A DNA stretch of 38,754 nt, taken from assembly GCA_018824365.1 (NCBI GenBank), contig JAHJGQ010000081.1:1-38754 (forward strand), in the 5' to 3' direction. Shown in pieces: positions 16,773 through 26,941 of this stretch (position 1 is the stretch's first letter; each line of letters starts with the position of its first letter). This DNA comes from Nanobdellota archaeon (GTDB lineage: Archaea > Nanobdellota > Nanobdellia > Woesearchaeales > GW2011-AR9). The notes under the pieces were generated by a model that was given only the letters and a program-made list of their open reading frames with translations, ran no database searches and was not told where the DNA came from. Made by a program: the position numbers and the translations under genes.

Positions 16773-18221
16773 ATGTCTCAACTTGATAAAGGTATTTGTC
16801 TAAGATTTTATAAACGTAGAGATGTTCAGGATGCTATAATAGTTCATGCACGGCAGAAAGAAATTGGGGTGAGATATGGGACTGATTTTGGCAAACGTCC
16901 AGATATCCTTTCTTATCCTCGTGAAATTTTGGAATTAGCTAAACAAGGGGTCACCTCATTTCATTGCAGTGAAGAACTATGGGAAAATCCTCTCTCTTTA
17001 GATAGTAATTTTAACCGGAAAGAACTGGATGAGCTGCGGATAGGATGGGACCTTGTATTAGATATAGATTGTAAATTTATTGATTATAGCAAAATAAGTG
17101 CAGATCTGATTGTCAGATTTCTTAAATATTGTGGAGTAAAAGATATATCGGTAAAGTTTAGTGGGAACAAAGGATTCCATATCGGCGTGCCTTTTGAAGC
17201 ATTTCCTAAAAAAGTAGGTGACTCACTCGTTAAAGATCTTTTTCCTGAGGCAGCTAAGAAAATAGCTTTTTATATTAAAGAGAACATCAAAGAAGAATTA
17301 GAAAAAAGAGTTCTTGAATTTGAGAAAAACGATTTTAATAAAGTAAAAGAAAAAGTTGAACTGCCTCAAGAAGAGATTATCCGTTATGAAGAAAATGAGT
17401 TTGGAGATAAGATCCCTAAATTAAGTGTTGATAAGTTTCTAGAAATAGATACTGTATTAATTTCTTCAAGACATTTGTATCGGGCACCTTACAGCCTGCA
17501 TGAAAAGTCCGGCTTAATAAGTCTACCAATCGATCCAGAAAAAGTGATGGGATTTGAAAAAAACATGGCCAGACCGGAAGATCTCATCATACCCAATTTT
17601 ATTTTTTTAGACAGGGATGTTAATGATGAGAGCGGCAGAAGATTGTTGATACAGGCTTTGGATTTTGAAGTTAAAGCCGAAGAAAAAGATTATAAGATCC
17701 ATCTTCATGGTAATGCTCAGGAATATGAAGAACTGGTGATTGAAAGCCCAATAAAAGAAGATTTCTTTCCCCCTTGCATTTTGAAGATCCTTGAAGGCGT
17801 AGAAGATGGTAAGAAAAGAGCAGTCTTTATCTTGATGAATTTCTTAGGTAAGATTGGTTGGAACAAGAATGAAATTGAGCTGTATATCCTTAAATGGAAC
17901 AAAGAAAAGAATAAAGAACCATTGCGTGAAAATTATGTCAAAGGGCAGTTAAGATATTTCAAGCCGGGAGATAAGCTGTCTCCTAATTGTGATAATGAAG
18001 CTTATTACAAAGATTTGGGAAATTGTTTACCAAATAAATTGTGTGGAAAGATCAAGAATCCCGTCAACTATACAATCTTAAGATGGAAGAGTCATTTAAG
18101 AGATAGAGAAGAGGAAAATGCAGGGAAAAAGATAGAAAAAAAAAGAGAGAAGAAAGATAAAAAAGAAGAAAAAGTCAAATTGTCTTCTGGTCAAGATCTT
18201 AACCCTCAAAATCCTAGCTAA
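16773..18221 (+). CDS. priS: Fused DNA primase PriS-PriL (DPANN type)
   Basis: PriS motifs DLVLDID, FSGNKGFH and HLYRAPYSLH; C-terminal PriL Fe-S region FPPC...PNC...C...C...NP. Confidence 0.92.
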   Translation: MSQLDKGICLRFYKRRDVQDAIIVHARQKEIGVRYGTDFGKRPDILSYPREILELAKQGVTSFHCSEELWENPLSLDSNFNRKELDELRIGWDLVLDIDCKFIDYSKISADLIVRFLKYCGVKDISVKFSGNKGFHIGVPFEAFPKKVGDSLVKDLFPEAAKKIAFYIKENIKEELEKRVLEFEKNDFNKVKEKVELPQEEIIRYEENEFGDKIPKLSVDKFLEIDTVLISSRHLYRAPYSLHEKSGLISLPIDPEKVMGFEKNMARPEDLIIPNFIFLDRDVNDESGRRLLIQALDFEVKAEEKDYKIHLHGNAQEYEELVIESPIKEDFFPPCILKILEGVEDGKKRAVFILMNFLGKIGWNKNEIELYILKWNKEKNKEPLRENYVKGQLRYFKPGDKLSPNCDNEAYYKDLGNCLPNKLCGKIKNPVNYTILRWKSHLRDREEENAGKKIEKKREKKDKKEEKVKLSSGQDLNPQNPS

Positions 18222-18334
18222 ATGTTTTGAACAACACAGATGCCATGCCAAACTTGATTTTCTTGCTAAAGCCTACGGCCATCTCAGCGAGCACTAATCT
18301 ACTCTGCTAATAAATCAATTAATACTTTCTTAAC

Positions 18335-18483
18335 CAAAATCTTTATAAACAAACCACCTCTTCAAGCATAAACTGGTCCGAGTTAACGCGCATAGGGCTA
18401 ACATTAAATGTTAATTCTAGCGTGTTATGTGCCGGTAGTCAGATTGCCGGTTCTGCTGGCAGATAATAAAGGAAACTAAGAAA
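18335..18483 (+). promoter_or_regulatory. rps13 operon promoter and structured ~110-nt 5' leader
   Basis: CAAAATC-TTTATAAA (TATA 18342-18349); hairpins at 18384-18427 and 18431-18451. Confidence 0.6.
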
Positions 18484-18972
18484 ATGGCTGAAAAACAAGC
18501 AAACTTTAGGCATATTGTACGTGTAGCTAATGTAGATTTGCCTGGAGAAAAACAAACAAGATTTGCACTTACAAAAATCAAAGGAATAGGCATAAATTTT
18601 GCTGATTCAATCTGTGCTGTGACTGGCGTAGATAAAAATGTTAAAGTTGGTATGCTTGGCGATGAAGATGTAAAGAAGCTCAACGACATCATTCAAACTC
18701 CGAAAGAGAATGGAGTGCCAGTATGGATGTTTAATAGAAGAAAAGATTATACAACTGGTGAAGATCAGCATTTAATCACAGGATCATTAGGATTTGTCAA
18801 AGAAAATGATCTTAAGCGTTTAAAGAAAATTAAAACCTTGCGTGGAATGAGACATCAGAAAGGTCTTCCAGTAAGAGGGCAAAGAACAAGATCAAATTTC
18901 AGAAAGAGTAAAGGTAAAGTAATAGGAGTTAAAAAGAAAGCAGCACCTGCAAAGGGTGGAGCTAAGAAATAA
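18484..18972 (+). CDS. rps13: 30S ribosomal protein S13
   Basis: ALTKIKGIG and RGMRHQKGLPVRGQRTRSN. Confidence 0.97.
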   Translation: MAEKQANFRHIVRVANVDLPGEKQTRFALTKIKGIGINFADSICAVTGVDKNVKVGMLGDEDVKKLNDIIQTPKENGVPVWMFNRRKDYTTGEDQHLITGSLGFVKENDLKRLKKIKTLRGMRHQKGLPVRGQRTRSNFRKSKGKVIGVKKKAAPAKGGAKK

Positions 18973-19030
18973 ATAAAATGGGACAACAAAAAACAAGTTT
19001 TTTGAGCCCGATTTTTAGAGGTGAATAAAA

Positions 19031-19723
19031 ATCGGAGACCCTAAAAAACAAAGGAAGAAGTACTCAACACCAATGCATCCTTGGATTCAAAGTAATATTG
19101 AGTCAGAGAAGAAGATAAAAGAAGAGTATGGTCTTAAGAATAAAACAGAGATCTTCATAGCAAATTCATTTCTGAAAAAATATAAAAATATAGCTAAAGC
19201 ACTTATTGCTAAGAAAACGGAACAGGGAGAGAAAGAAAAATTACAAATTCTTAAAAAATTGCAGCAATTGGGCTTGCTTTCTGTTGGTTCAGACCTTGAT
19301 CAGATTCTTGGGCTTGAGATGAAAGATGTTTTAGAAAGACGCCTGCAGAGTATTGTTTTTAGGAAAGGTTTAGCCAAATCAATTAATCAAGCACGACAGT
19401 TCATAGTTCATCGTCACATTATGGTTGGAGATAAAGAGATCTCAATGCCTTCTTACTTGGTTTCTCTCGAAGAAGAGAACAAGATTGGTTTTAAAATGAA
19501 TTCTTCACTTGCCAGCGAAGATCATCCTGAAAGGATTAATACCGAGGCAAAGGAAATAAAAGAAGAAGTGGAAGCAATAAAAGACCATCAAAAAAAATCT
19601 AATAGTAAAAGTAAAAAGAAAGAAGTTGAAGACACTGAAGATTTAGATGCAGATGTTTTAGATGCAGAGGTGTTAGAAGAATCTGAAAATTTAGGTCTTG
19701 TTGAGGAAGAAAATGAAAACTAA
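19031..19723 (+). CDS. rps4: 30S ribosomal protein S4, probable ATC start
   Basis: The conserved N-terminus [17 protein letters not shown] begins at ATC 19031, 6 nt after SD GAGGTGA; [24 protein letters not shown]; acidic tail. Confidence 0.93.
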   Translation: MGDPKKQRKKYSTPMHPWIQSNIESEKKIKEEYGLKNKTEIFIANSFLKKYKNIAKALIAKKTEQGEKEKLQILKKLQQLGLLSVGSDLDQILGLEMKDVLERRLQSIVFRKGLAKSINQARQFIVHRHIMVGDKEISMPSYLVSLEEENKIGFKMNSSLASEDHPERINTEAKEIKEEVEAIKDHQKKSNSKSKKKEVEDTEDLDADVLDAEVLEESENLGLVEEENEN

Positions 19724-20165
19724 TAATTATCATAAAGAATCGGGCAATCATGATGGAAGAGTTCCAAGAACAAACTTTAATATCAAATGGGGAATTGCTC
19801 ATATTTACTCATCTTATAATAATACTATCATTACTGTTACAGATATAACGGGAACAGAAACGATTGCACGTTCAAGTGGTGGTCAGATTGTAAAGTCTGA
19901 CAGATTAGAAAGTTCACCTACCGCTGCAATGGGTGCAGCAAAAAAAGTGTCTGAGATCTGTAGAGAAAAAGGCATTAATGGATTATATATTCGTGTAAGA
20001 GCTAAAGGCGGGCATAATGGTCCTAAAAATACCGGTCCAGGAGCTCAGGCTGCAATAAGAGCACTTTCAAGAGTTGGTATGAGGATAGGTAAGATTGAAG
20101 AAGTGACTCCAGAACCTCATAACGGCTGCAGAGCAAAGGGCGGTAGAAGAGGAAGAAGAGTATAA
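19713..20165 (+). CDS. rps11: 30S ribosomal protein S11
   Basis: [24 protein letters not shown] and GGRRGRRV; first ATG at 19713. Confidence 0.96.
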   Translation: MKTNNYHKESGNHDGRVPRTNFNIKWGIAHIYSSYNNTIITVTDITGTETIARSSGGQIVKSDRLESSPTAAMGAAKKVSEICREKGINGLYIRVRAKGGHNGPKNTGPGAQAAIRALSRVGMRIGKIEEVTPEPHNGCRAKGGRRGRRV

Positions 20166-20231
20166 AGATAGTATAAATAAATTTATCATATAAATCTTAT
20201 AAATCTAAATGAAGATTAAAAAATAAAAAAA

Positions 20232-21008
20232 ATGAAATGCGAAAAAATTAAGGAAGAAAAAAAGAAAGGCAAGCTTACATTCCTGCTTAAAGGAAGCAAT
20301 GAAGTTTTCGCTAATACTATTAGAAGGTTAATTATTGAAGAAGTTCCTACTTTAGCTGTTGAAGATGTAGAAGTAAAAGACAATAGTTCATCTTTATCTG
20401 ATGAAATGCTTGCTCTACGTTTAGGTCTGATTCCAATAAAAACAGATCTTAAGAGCTATAGGCTGCCAAAAAACCAAGACGAAGTTGATGAAAAGGTTGC
20501 TAGTTGTACCTTGCAGCTGAAATTAAAGTCAAGTAAAAAAGGTTATGTTTATGCTAAAGACACAGAAAGTTCAGATCCAAAATGCAACTTTGTTTATGAG
20601 GAGATGCCTGTCGTAAAATTACTTTCAAAACAAAAGTTAGATGTTACCATGACTGCAGTGATGGGCATGGGAAAAGATCACACAAAATGGTCGCCTGGTT
20701 TGATTTTTTACAAAAAAGAACCTGTCCTAAAATTAGGTAAAGTTGAAAATCCTGCAAAAATAGCAGAAGTATGTACTGACGGATTATTCAAGATAAAAGA
20801 CGGAAAAGTAGAGTTAATCGATGAAAAAGTATATGATAGTAAGCTGCTTGAGATGTATGCTGAAATTGATAAAGGGATTACGCTTGAATATTCTAATAAT
20901 ATTGTCTTTAATATGGAAAGCTGGGGCCAGTTAACTTGTAAAGAGATGCTATCTAAAAGTGCTGAAATACTAATCGAAAAAACTGAAGAATTATCAAAAT
21001 TGATTTAA
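20232..21008 (+). CDS. rpoD: DNA-directed RNA polymerase subunit D (Rpo3)
   Basis: ANTIRR...EVPTLAVEDV..NSS...DEMLALRLGLIP and G.GKDH.KW.P. Confidence 0.96.
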   Translation: MKCEKIKEEKKKGKLTFLLKGSNEVFANTIRRLIIEEVPTLAVEDVEVKDNSSSLSDEMLALRLGLIPIKTDLKSYRLPKNQDEVDEKVASCTLQLKLKSSKKGYVYAKDTESSDPKCNFVYEEMPVVKLLSKQKLDVTMTAVMGMGKDHTKWSPGLIFYKKEPVLKLGKVENPAKIAEVCTDGLFKIKDGKVELIDEKVYDSKLLEMYAEIDKGITLEYSNNIVFNMESWGQLTCKEMLSKSAEILIEKTEELSKLI

Positions 21009-21009
21009 A

Positions 21010-21369
21010 ATGGTAAAAAGAACAGGTCCAACAAATTATCAACTGCAACAATTGCTTGTCGAACTAGAAAGTAAAGCAATGGAAAGCAAATTTTGGAGCA
21101 GGATAAAGAAAGATTTGTGTAAGCCGACCAGACAGAGAAGAGAAGTTAACATCTACAAGATCAATCAGTTTGCACGTGATGGTGAAACTGTTGTCATCCC
21201 TGGAAAAGTATTAAGTGTAGGAGAGATGAACAAGAAAGTTGATGTTGCTGCATTCAGTTTTTCACAGGAAGCTAAAGTAAAGATTGAAAGTGCTAAAGGA
21301 AAAGCATTATCAATCAAAGAATTGCTCAAATTAAATCCAGACGGAAAGAAAGTGAGGATATTAGGATGA
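21010..21369 (+). CDS. rpl18e: 50S ribosomal protein L18e
   Basis: RREVNIYKI, VVIPGKVLSVG and NP.G motifs; operon position. Confidence 0.95.
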   Translation: MVKRTGPTNYQLQQLLVELESKAMESKFWSRIKKDLCKPTRQRREVNIYKINQFARDGETVVIPGKVLSVGEMNKKVDVAAFSFSQEAKVKIESAKGKALSIKELLKLNPDGKKVRILG

Positions 21370-21788
21370 AGATTTACAACGGAGAAAGCATGATTCTAGG
21401 AAGACTAGCAGCTAGAGTTGCTAAAGATGCTCTTTTAGGCGAAGAAGTAAAAGTTGTGAATTGCGACAAAGTCATAATAAGTGGAAGAAAAACAAATACT
21501 TTTGCTAATGAGAAACAAAAAAGAGACAGGAAAGGTTATCCATTAAAAAGTGCAAAGTTTTCCCGCCTATCAGATAGATTTGTAAGAAGAACAATCAGGG
21601 GTATGCTTCCTTGGAAGTTGACAAGGGGAAAAGAAGCGTTTAAGCGTATCATGTGTCATGTTGGTGTTCCTTCAGAATTAGCCGGTAAAGATTTTATTAC
21701 TCTTGAAGATTCATCTGTGAAAAAATTACCCGATTTAAAGTATGTAACTATCGGAGATATCTGTAAACAATTAGGGAGAGAAGAATAA
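21366..21788 (+). CDS. rpl13: 50S ribosomal protein L13
   Basis: ILGRLAARVAK and RRTIRGMLP. Confidence 0.96.
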   Translation: MKIYNGESMILGRLAARVAKDALLGEEVKVVNCDKVIISGRKTNTFANEKQKRDRKGYPLKSAKFSRLSDRFVRRTIRGMLPWKLTRGKEAFKRIMCHVGVPSELAGKDFITLEDSSVKKLPDLKYVTIGDICKQLGREE

Positions 21789-21795
21789 TTAAAAA

Positions 21796-22194
21796 ATGAC
21801 AAAAAAAGTAATCCTGATGCGAGGTAAAAGGAAAAGAGCTATTGCTAGGGCCAGTGTTGGTGCTGGAACAGGTAAAGTGAAAATCAATGGACAGTTTCTC
21901 GATAATTTTTCAAATGATATGTCAAGACTTAGAATAAAAGAGCCGTTAACCTTGGCAAGTGATGTTGTTTCAAAAATTGATGTTAAAGTAAATGTAATTG
22001 GCGGCGGTATGAATGGACAAGCTGATGCAATAAGGTTAGCCATTGCTAGGGCGCTTGTACAACACGAACCTAAATTGAAAAAAATTTTTGAAGATTATGA
22101 TAGATTATTATTGGTTGCAGATGTTCGTAGGAAAGAAGTATGTAAACCTAACGATTCTAAAGCAAGAGCTAAAAGACAGAAGTCTTACAGATGA
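21796..22194 (+). CDS. rps9: 30S ribosomal protein S9
   Basis: GKRKRAIARA, GGGMNGQADA and ARAKRQKSYR. Confidence 0.97.
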   Translation: MTKKVILMRGKRKRAIARASVGAGTGKVKINGQFLDNFSNDMSRLRIKEPLTLASDVVSKIDVKVNVIGGGMNGQADAIRLAIARALVQHEPKLKKIFEDYDRLLLVADVRRKEVCKPNDSKARAKRQKSYR

Positions 22195-22206
22195 GGTTAT
22201 AAAAAA

Positions 22207-22404
22207 ATGATTATCCCTATTCGTTGTTTTAGTTGTGGTAAACCAGTTGGCCACTTATGGGAACAGTATAAAGAACGTGTTGAAAAAGGAGAAGAGCCGA
22301 AGAAAGTGATGGATTCTTTAGGTTTAGAGAGATATTGCTGCAGGGGTTTATTCTTAGGACATGTTGATTTGATCGATATTGCTGGTGAGTTTAAGCGATC
22401 TTGA
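22207..22404 (+). CDS. rpoN: DNA-directed RNA polymerase subunit N (Rpo10)
   Basis: [12 protein letters not shown] and RYCCR. Confidence 0.97.
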   Translation: MIIPIRCFSCGKPVGHLWEQYKERVEKGEEPKKVMDSLGLERYCCRGLFLGHVDLIDIAGEFKRS

Positions 22405-22537
22405 TTTTTTTTTTGTTCATCTTGATAATCATGATTTCTTCTATTTTGGACAAAGCCTTTTAAATCATAATTTTTATAAAGATTCTACATTATGCTAATT
22501 GTAATAGATGTTCTATAATTAAATCGGGGGTTTACTT

Positions 22538-23308
22538 ATGGCAAAAAAAATAGTAACAGTATTTTTGGTAATTCTTCTTGTCTTAATGCAAGTTGCTGCT
22601 GTTAGTGCTTTAACTGCCAGTGAAGCAAAAGAAGACTGGCGTGATGCAAAAGAGCTAAGCAAAGAAACGCAAGAGAAAAATCAGGATGCAAAGATAAAAT
22701 ATGCAGGAAATAAGACTGTTGAGAATAATCAGGAAGTAATTGATACCGGAAAAGAAGTTCTTCATGCAGCTTTGAATGAAGCAGAAGCATGGTTGATCTG
22801 GAAAGATCTGGAAGCTGATGAAAATCAAGATGTTCCAGATGATCTGAAAGATTCAATCAAAGAAGATGTTGATGCTAATTTAGCAAAGATTGATTCTTTA
22901 AGAACGGAAGTTGATGGTATACAAACCAGATTCGATTTAGGTGTAGTTTTTCTGAAGATGATTGGGAATTATTTTGAACTGCTCTCTGATGTGGCAAGGA
23001 ATTCTGGTAATGTTTGGGTTTATATTGCTGATACTCATGCTGATAAAATTGAGAGTTATGAACTTAAATTACGTGATGCAGCCAATCATAAAGAAGATGT
23101 CTTGGCTAAACTTGATTCCGCACATTTGGAATTAGAAACTGCTAGGAAAAACATTGATAATGCGGAATTAACTTACAAAGAAGTAAAGCTTCCTGGAACT
23201 CCTTTAGTTAAATTTGCAGAAGGGAATAATTACTTGAGAGCTGCTAGAGCAAACATGATTGCTGCAAATCAGAACTTAAATCAAGCCTATAGGATGTTGG
23301 TGAATTAA
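22538..23308 (+). CDS. Secreted all-helical hypothetical protein
   Basis: N-terminal signal peptide; Ala/Glu/Lys-rich helical body. Confidence 0.8.
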   Translation: MAKKIVTVFLVILLVLMQVAAVSALTASEAKEDWRDAKELSKETQEKNQDAKIKYAGNKTVENNQEVIDTGKEVLHAALNEAEAWLIWKDLEADENQDVPDDLKDSIKEDVDANLAKIDSLRTEVDGIQTRFDLGVVFLKMIGNYFELLSDVARNSGNVWVYIADTHADKIESYELKLRDAANHKEDVLAKLDSAHLELETARKNIDNAELTYKEVKLPGTPLVKFAEGNNYLRAARANMIAANQNLNQAYRMLVN

Positions 23309-23309
23309 A

Positions 23310-23672
23310 ATGAAAAGGATAATCTTTATTTTAGGTATTTTGTTAGTGTTAAGTTTAGTAGTTGGTTGTGCACCTTATGAGGATAAAGGGGTAATTACAA
23401 AGAAAACTACTACTGTTGATGATGGAGTGAAAACTAAGACAACAACTAAACCCATAGCTAAGACAAGTGATTCTGAAAAAGAAGTAGAGACTAAGACTGA
23501 AACTAAAACTGAAGTAGAAGATGACGACGATGACGATTTAATACTTGAAGAAGAAGAGGAAGTTGTAGTTGAAGAAAGTAACGATTTAGACTTAACAGAA
23601 GACGATCTTGATCAGTTAGAGAAAGACTTGGAAAGTTTAGAGTTTGATGACTTGGGTGGATTGTCTGAATAG
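23310..23672 (+). CDS. Putative lipoprotein with Thr/Lys-rich and acidic disordered tail
   Basis: Lipobox-like VVGC; starts 1 nt after the upstream stop. Confidence 0.78.
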   Translation: MKRIIFILGILLVLSLVVGCAPYEDKGVITKKTTTVDDGVKTKTTTKPIAKTSDSEKEVETKTETKTEVEDDDDDDLILEEEEEVVVEESNDLDLTEDDLDQLEKDLESLEFDDLGGLSE

Positions 23673-23741
23673 TTTTTTTTTATTTTTTTAATTTATTATT
23701 AATTTTTGTTCTATTAATGATTATATCTTTTATGGCTTTTC

Positions 23742-24017
23742 TCATTCATTCCAAAAAGTACTTTTAACTTCACCATCAACTATTCTTTCTATTCTAGTGG
23801 CACGGATTACTCCATCCACTTCTTTTCGCCAATGGTAAACTCTTATCGTATCTCCTTCATTAATAGCAGAAGGGTTGCTACCAAGTTGAACTTTAATTTC
23901 AGAACTATCTGTTGAAACAGTATACTCACAACAATTACCTGAGTTCCAATAACGATGTATGTTCATTATTGTACCTTCAAATGTAGTTGGATAATCGTCG
24001 TTTATCATTTTTATCAT
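23742..24017 (-). CDS. Small OB-fold-like hypothetical protein
   Basis: Beta-rich; FEGTI...INEGDTIRV...I.ATRIE pattern. Confidence 0.6.
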   Translation of the reverse strand: MIKMINDDYPTTFEGTIMNIHRYWNSGNCCEYTVSTDSSEIKVQLGSNPSAINEGDTIRVYHWRKEVDGVIRATRIERIVDGEVKSTFWNE

Positions 24018-24044
24018 TGAAAATATTTAATACTTTAGAAAATT

Positions 24045-24311
24045 TTACTTAAATTCATATTCTCTGCAGACTTCACTAGCAGCATAAAGAGTATAGAACT
24101 CTGTTGGATCTGTTGTCCTACATTTCTGATCATGGATTCTTTGAGCTGTTTCTTCAAACAATCTAACTTTATATAATGCCCCTTCAGCCAATTCTAATAC
24201 TCTTTCAGCTAAGCTTAACCCTTGTCTTTTAATGTGATCTTTCTTTTCAGTTAAGTCTAACCCCAGTCTTGTAATATAATCTCTCATATCCATTTCATTA
24301 TTGTGTTCCAT
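24045..24311 (-). CDS. Hypothetical protein
   Basis: 88-aa helical ORF, same orientation as its neighbour. Confidence 0.6.
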   Translation of the reverse strand: MEHNNEMDMRDYITRLGLDLTEKKDHIKRQGLSLAERVLELAEGALYKVRLFEETAQRIHDQKCRTTDPTEFYTLYAASEVCREYEFK

Positions 24312-24412
24312 TTATAAAATTTTCTGAAATGACTATCAATTAGTAACAAAGACAACTAACTACCAAATCTACTACAACAATCTTTAAAAAACACTTCCAT
24401 TTGTAAAATGAG

Positions 24413-26902
24413 GTGGATAATACAAATATTTTAGACATTCCTACAGAACAACTAACTCCGGGAATGAGACAGTATCAGGAAGCCAAACGTAACAATCCAG
24501 ACTGCCTGATAATGCTTAGGATGGGAGATTTCTATGAGATGTTCTATGAAGATGCAGTTACTTCTGCAAAAGAATTAGAAATAACTTTAACAGCAAGAGG
24601 CAAGGGAGATAAAAGAGCACCATTGGCTGGGATACCATATCATGCTTTAGAATCTTACTTAGCAAGATTAATCAAGAAAGGTTTCAAGGTTGCTATCATT
24701 GAACAACTTGAAGATCCAAAGAATGCCAAAGGTTTAGTAAAAAGAGGTTTGGTAAGAATCGTCACTCCTGGAACGGTAATTGAATCTTCAATGCTTAATG
24801 AGAAAGAAAATAATTATATCATGTCTTTAACTTCTTTTGCAGATGAATACGCAGCGGCTTTTTGCGATCTATCTACTGGAGAATTTTTTACTGCAAAAAT
24901 TAACTCTTTCCCACAATTAATCAACGAGATTATCCGTCTTAACCCTTCTGAATGCATTATTCCTGAAAGTCTTAAAGTAAATCATGAATTGATTGAAAAG
25001 ATAAAATCCAATGGTGTTTTTGTCAACTCTTTAGAAGATTATTATTTCAGAAAAGAAAATGCCAGAAAAATTTTACTTAACCACTTCAATCTTGCTTCTT
25101 TAGATCCATTTGGTTTAGAAGATAAAAAGAGTAATTTAGTGGTATCAGGAGCATTGTTAAAATATCTTTTAGAAACACAAAAAAATTCTTTATCACATAT
25201 AAAAAAGATTAGTCTGAGAAGCAATCAGAACAAAATGCTTCTTGATTCCAGTACCCTAAGAAATCTTGAATTAACAAAGAATATCAAAGATGGAACTACG
25301 CGTGGTTCACTTCTTTCAGTATTTGACAAGACAGTTACAGCTATGGGTGCCAGACTATTAAAGAAATGGATTAAAGAACCTTTACTAAAAAAAGAGATTA
25401 TCAAAAGAAGATTGAATGCAGTTGAAGCATTAGGTAAGAATATTATCGTCAGGGAAGAAATCATCAATTTACTTAATGAAGTCTATGATTTAGAAAGATT
25501 GATCAGCCGGGTTAATTATGGGAACGCAAGTCCTCGAGATTTATCAGCTTTAAAAAAATCGTTAGAAAATATTCCTCCAATTAAAGAAAAATTAAATCTT
25601 TTAGAAAGCGATCTGCTTCTGAACATTTCAAAAATACACAGCTTAAAAGAAATCGCTTCTTTAATCAACAAAGCGATCAAAGAAGATTCTCCTTTAACAA
25701 TAAGAGAAGGCAATATCATTAAAGCAGATTACAACGAAGAACTTGATCAATTAAGAGACATTAAACTTAATAGTAAAAAATACTTAAAACAGATAGAAGA
25801 AAGAGAAAAAGAAAAGACTGGAATACAGACATTAAGAATTGGTTTCACGAGGGTTTTTGGGTATTTTATTGAAGTGACAAAAAAAAATCTTCATCTTGTT
25901 CCAGAAACTTATATCCGGAAACAGACTACTGCAAATTCTGAAAGGTATATAACTGAAGAGTTGAAGATTGAAGAAGAAAAGATCTTAGGGGCAGAAGAAA
26001 AAATTAATGAATTAGAATATAACTTATTTCAGGATATATTGAAAAAGGTTTCAGAACAAACTCTTGAAGTACAGGAAACTGCCAGTAAACTTTCAGTTCT
26101 TGATGTTTTATGCTCTTTAGCAAAAGTTGCTATGGAAAATAATTATTCAAAGCCAGAATTTGTAGATCAGAAAGTTATCCAGATCAAAAACGGTCGTCAT
26201 CCAGTTGTAGAAATTATAGAAAAAAGTTTCATTGCCAATGATATTTTTCTTAACGAAAAGGAAATGATGATCATTACCGGTCCGAACATGGCAGGGAAAA
26301 GTACAGTGATGAGACAGACAGCTTTGATAGTTCTTATGGCACAAATGGGCAGTTTTGTTCCTGCTGAACAATGTGTGTTGGGAATTGTTGACAGAATCTT
26401 TACCAGGGTAGGAGCGTACGATGATTTAAGTTCAGGACAGTCAACTTTTATGGTTGAGATGAATGAAACCGCTTCAATTTTGAATAATGCTACTAAAGAT
26501 AGTTTGATAATATTGGATGAGATAGGCAGGGGCACTTCCACGTTTGATGGAGTGAGTATCGCCTGGAGTGTTGCTGAACATATCTATAATAAAGTGCAGG
26601 CAAAAACATTGTTTGCTACACATTATCATGTGATGAACAAGTTAGCAGAAAAATTTAGCAAGATTAAAAATTATAACATTGCTGCTAAAGAGGTAAAAGG
26701 AGAAGTTGTTTTTCTTCATAAATTATTAGAAGGTGGAACCGATCAAAGTTATGGGATACATGTAGCCAAGTTAGCCGGCCTTCCTGACGAAGTGATCGGA
26801 CGTGCTAAAGAAATTCAGGAAATCTTGGAAAAAGATGATGAGATGGTCAGGAAGATCAAAGCAAAAAAGTTGCAAGAGCAGATGTGTTTAGATAAGTTCT
26901 AA
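24413..26902 (+). CDS. mutS: DNA mismatch repair protein MutS (MutS1)
   Basis: GDFYEMF mismatch motif, TGPNMAGKST, STFMVEM and DEIGRGTST. Confidence 0.98.
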   Translation: MDNTNILDIPTEQLTPGMRQYQEAKRNNPDCLIMLRMGDFYEMFYEDAVTSAKELEITLTARGKGDKRAPLAGIPYHALESYLARLIKKGFKVAIIEQLEDPKNAKGLVKRGLVRIVTPGTVIESSMLNEKENNYIMSLTSFADEYAAAFCDLSTGEFFTAKINSFPQLINEIIRLNPSECIIPESLKVNHELIEKIKSNGVFVNSLEDYYFRKENARKILLNHFNLASLDPFGLEDKKSNLVVSGALLKYLLETQKNSLSHIKKISLRSNQNKMLLDSSTLRNLELTKNIKDGTTRGSLLSVFDKTVTAMGARLLKKWIKEPLLKKEIIKRRLNAVEALGKNIIVREEIINLLNEVYDLERLISRVNYGNASPRDLSALKKSLENIPPIKEKLNLLESDLLLNISKIHSLKEIASLINKAIKEDSPLTIREGNIIKADYNEELDQLRDIKLNSKKYLKQIEEREKEKTGIQTLRIGFTRVFGYFIEVTKKNLHLVPETYIRKQTTANSERYITEELKIEEEKILGAEEKINELEYNLFQDILKKVSEQTLEVQETASKLSVLDVLCSLAKVAMENNYSKPEFVDQKVIQIKNGRHPVVEIIEKSFIANDIFLNEKEMMIITGPNMAGKSTVMRQTALIVLMAQMGSFVPAEQCVLGIVDRIFTRVGAYDDLSSGQSTFMVEMNETASILNNATKDSLIILDEIGRGTSTFDGVSIAWSVAEHIYNKVQAKTLFATHYHVMNKLAEKFSKIKNYNIAAKEVKGEVVFLHKLLEGGTDQSYGIHVAKLAGLPDEVIGRAKEIQEILEKDDEMVRKIKAKKLQEQMCLDKF

Positions 26903-26941
26903 TTCATAACATTTTTAATACAAAACTAAACTTCTAATCTT

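Noticed and set aside
16773-18221. PriS-PriL fusion as a novelty
   Set aside because: Already an established DPANN feature.
18984-19036. 53-nt mRNA intron or -1 frameshift restoring ATG-GGA-GAC for rps4
   Set aside because: No BHB pairing at any junction register, and the -1 frame meets TAG (19016) and TGA (19022) before the S4 sequence.
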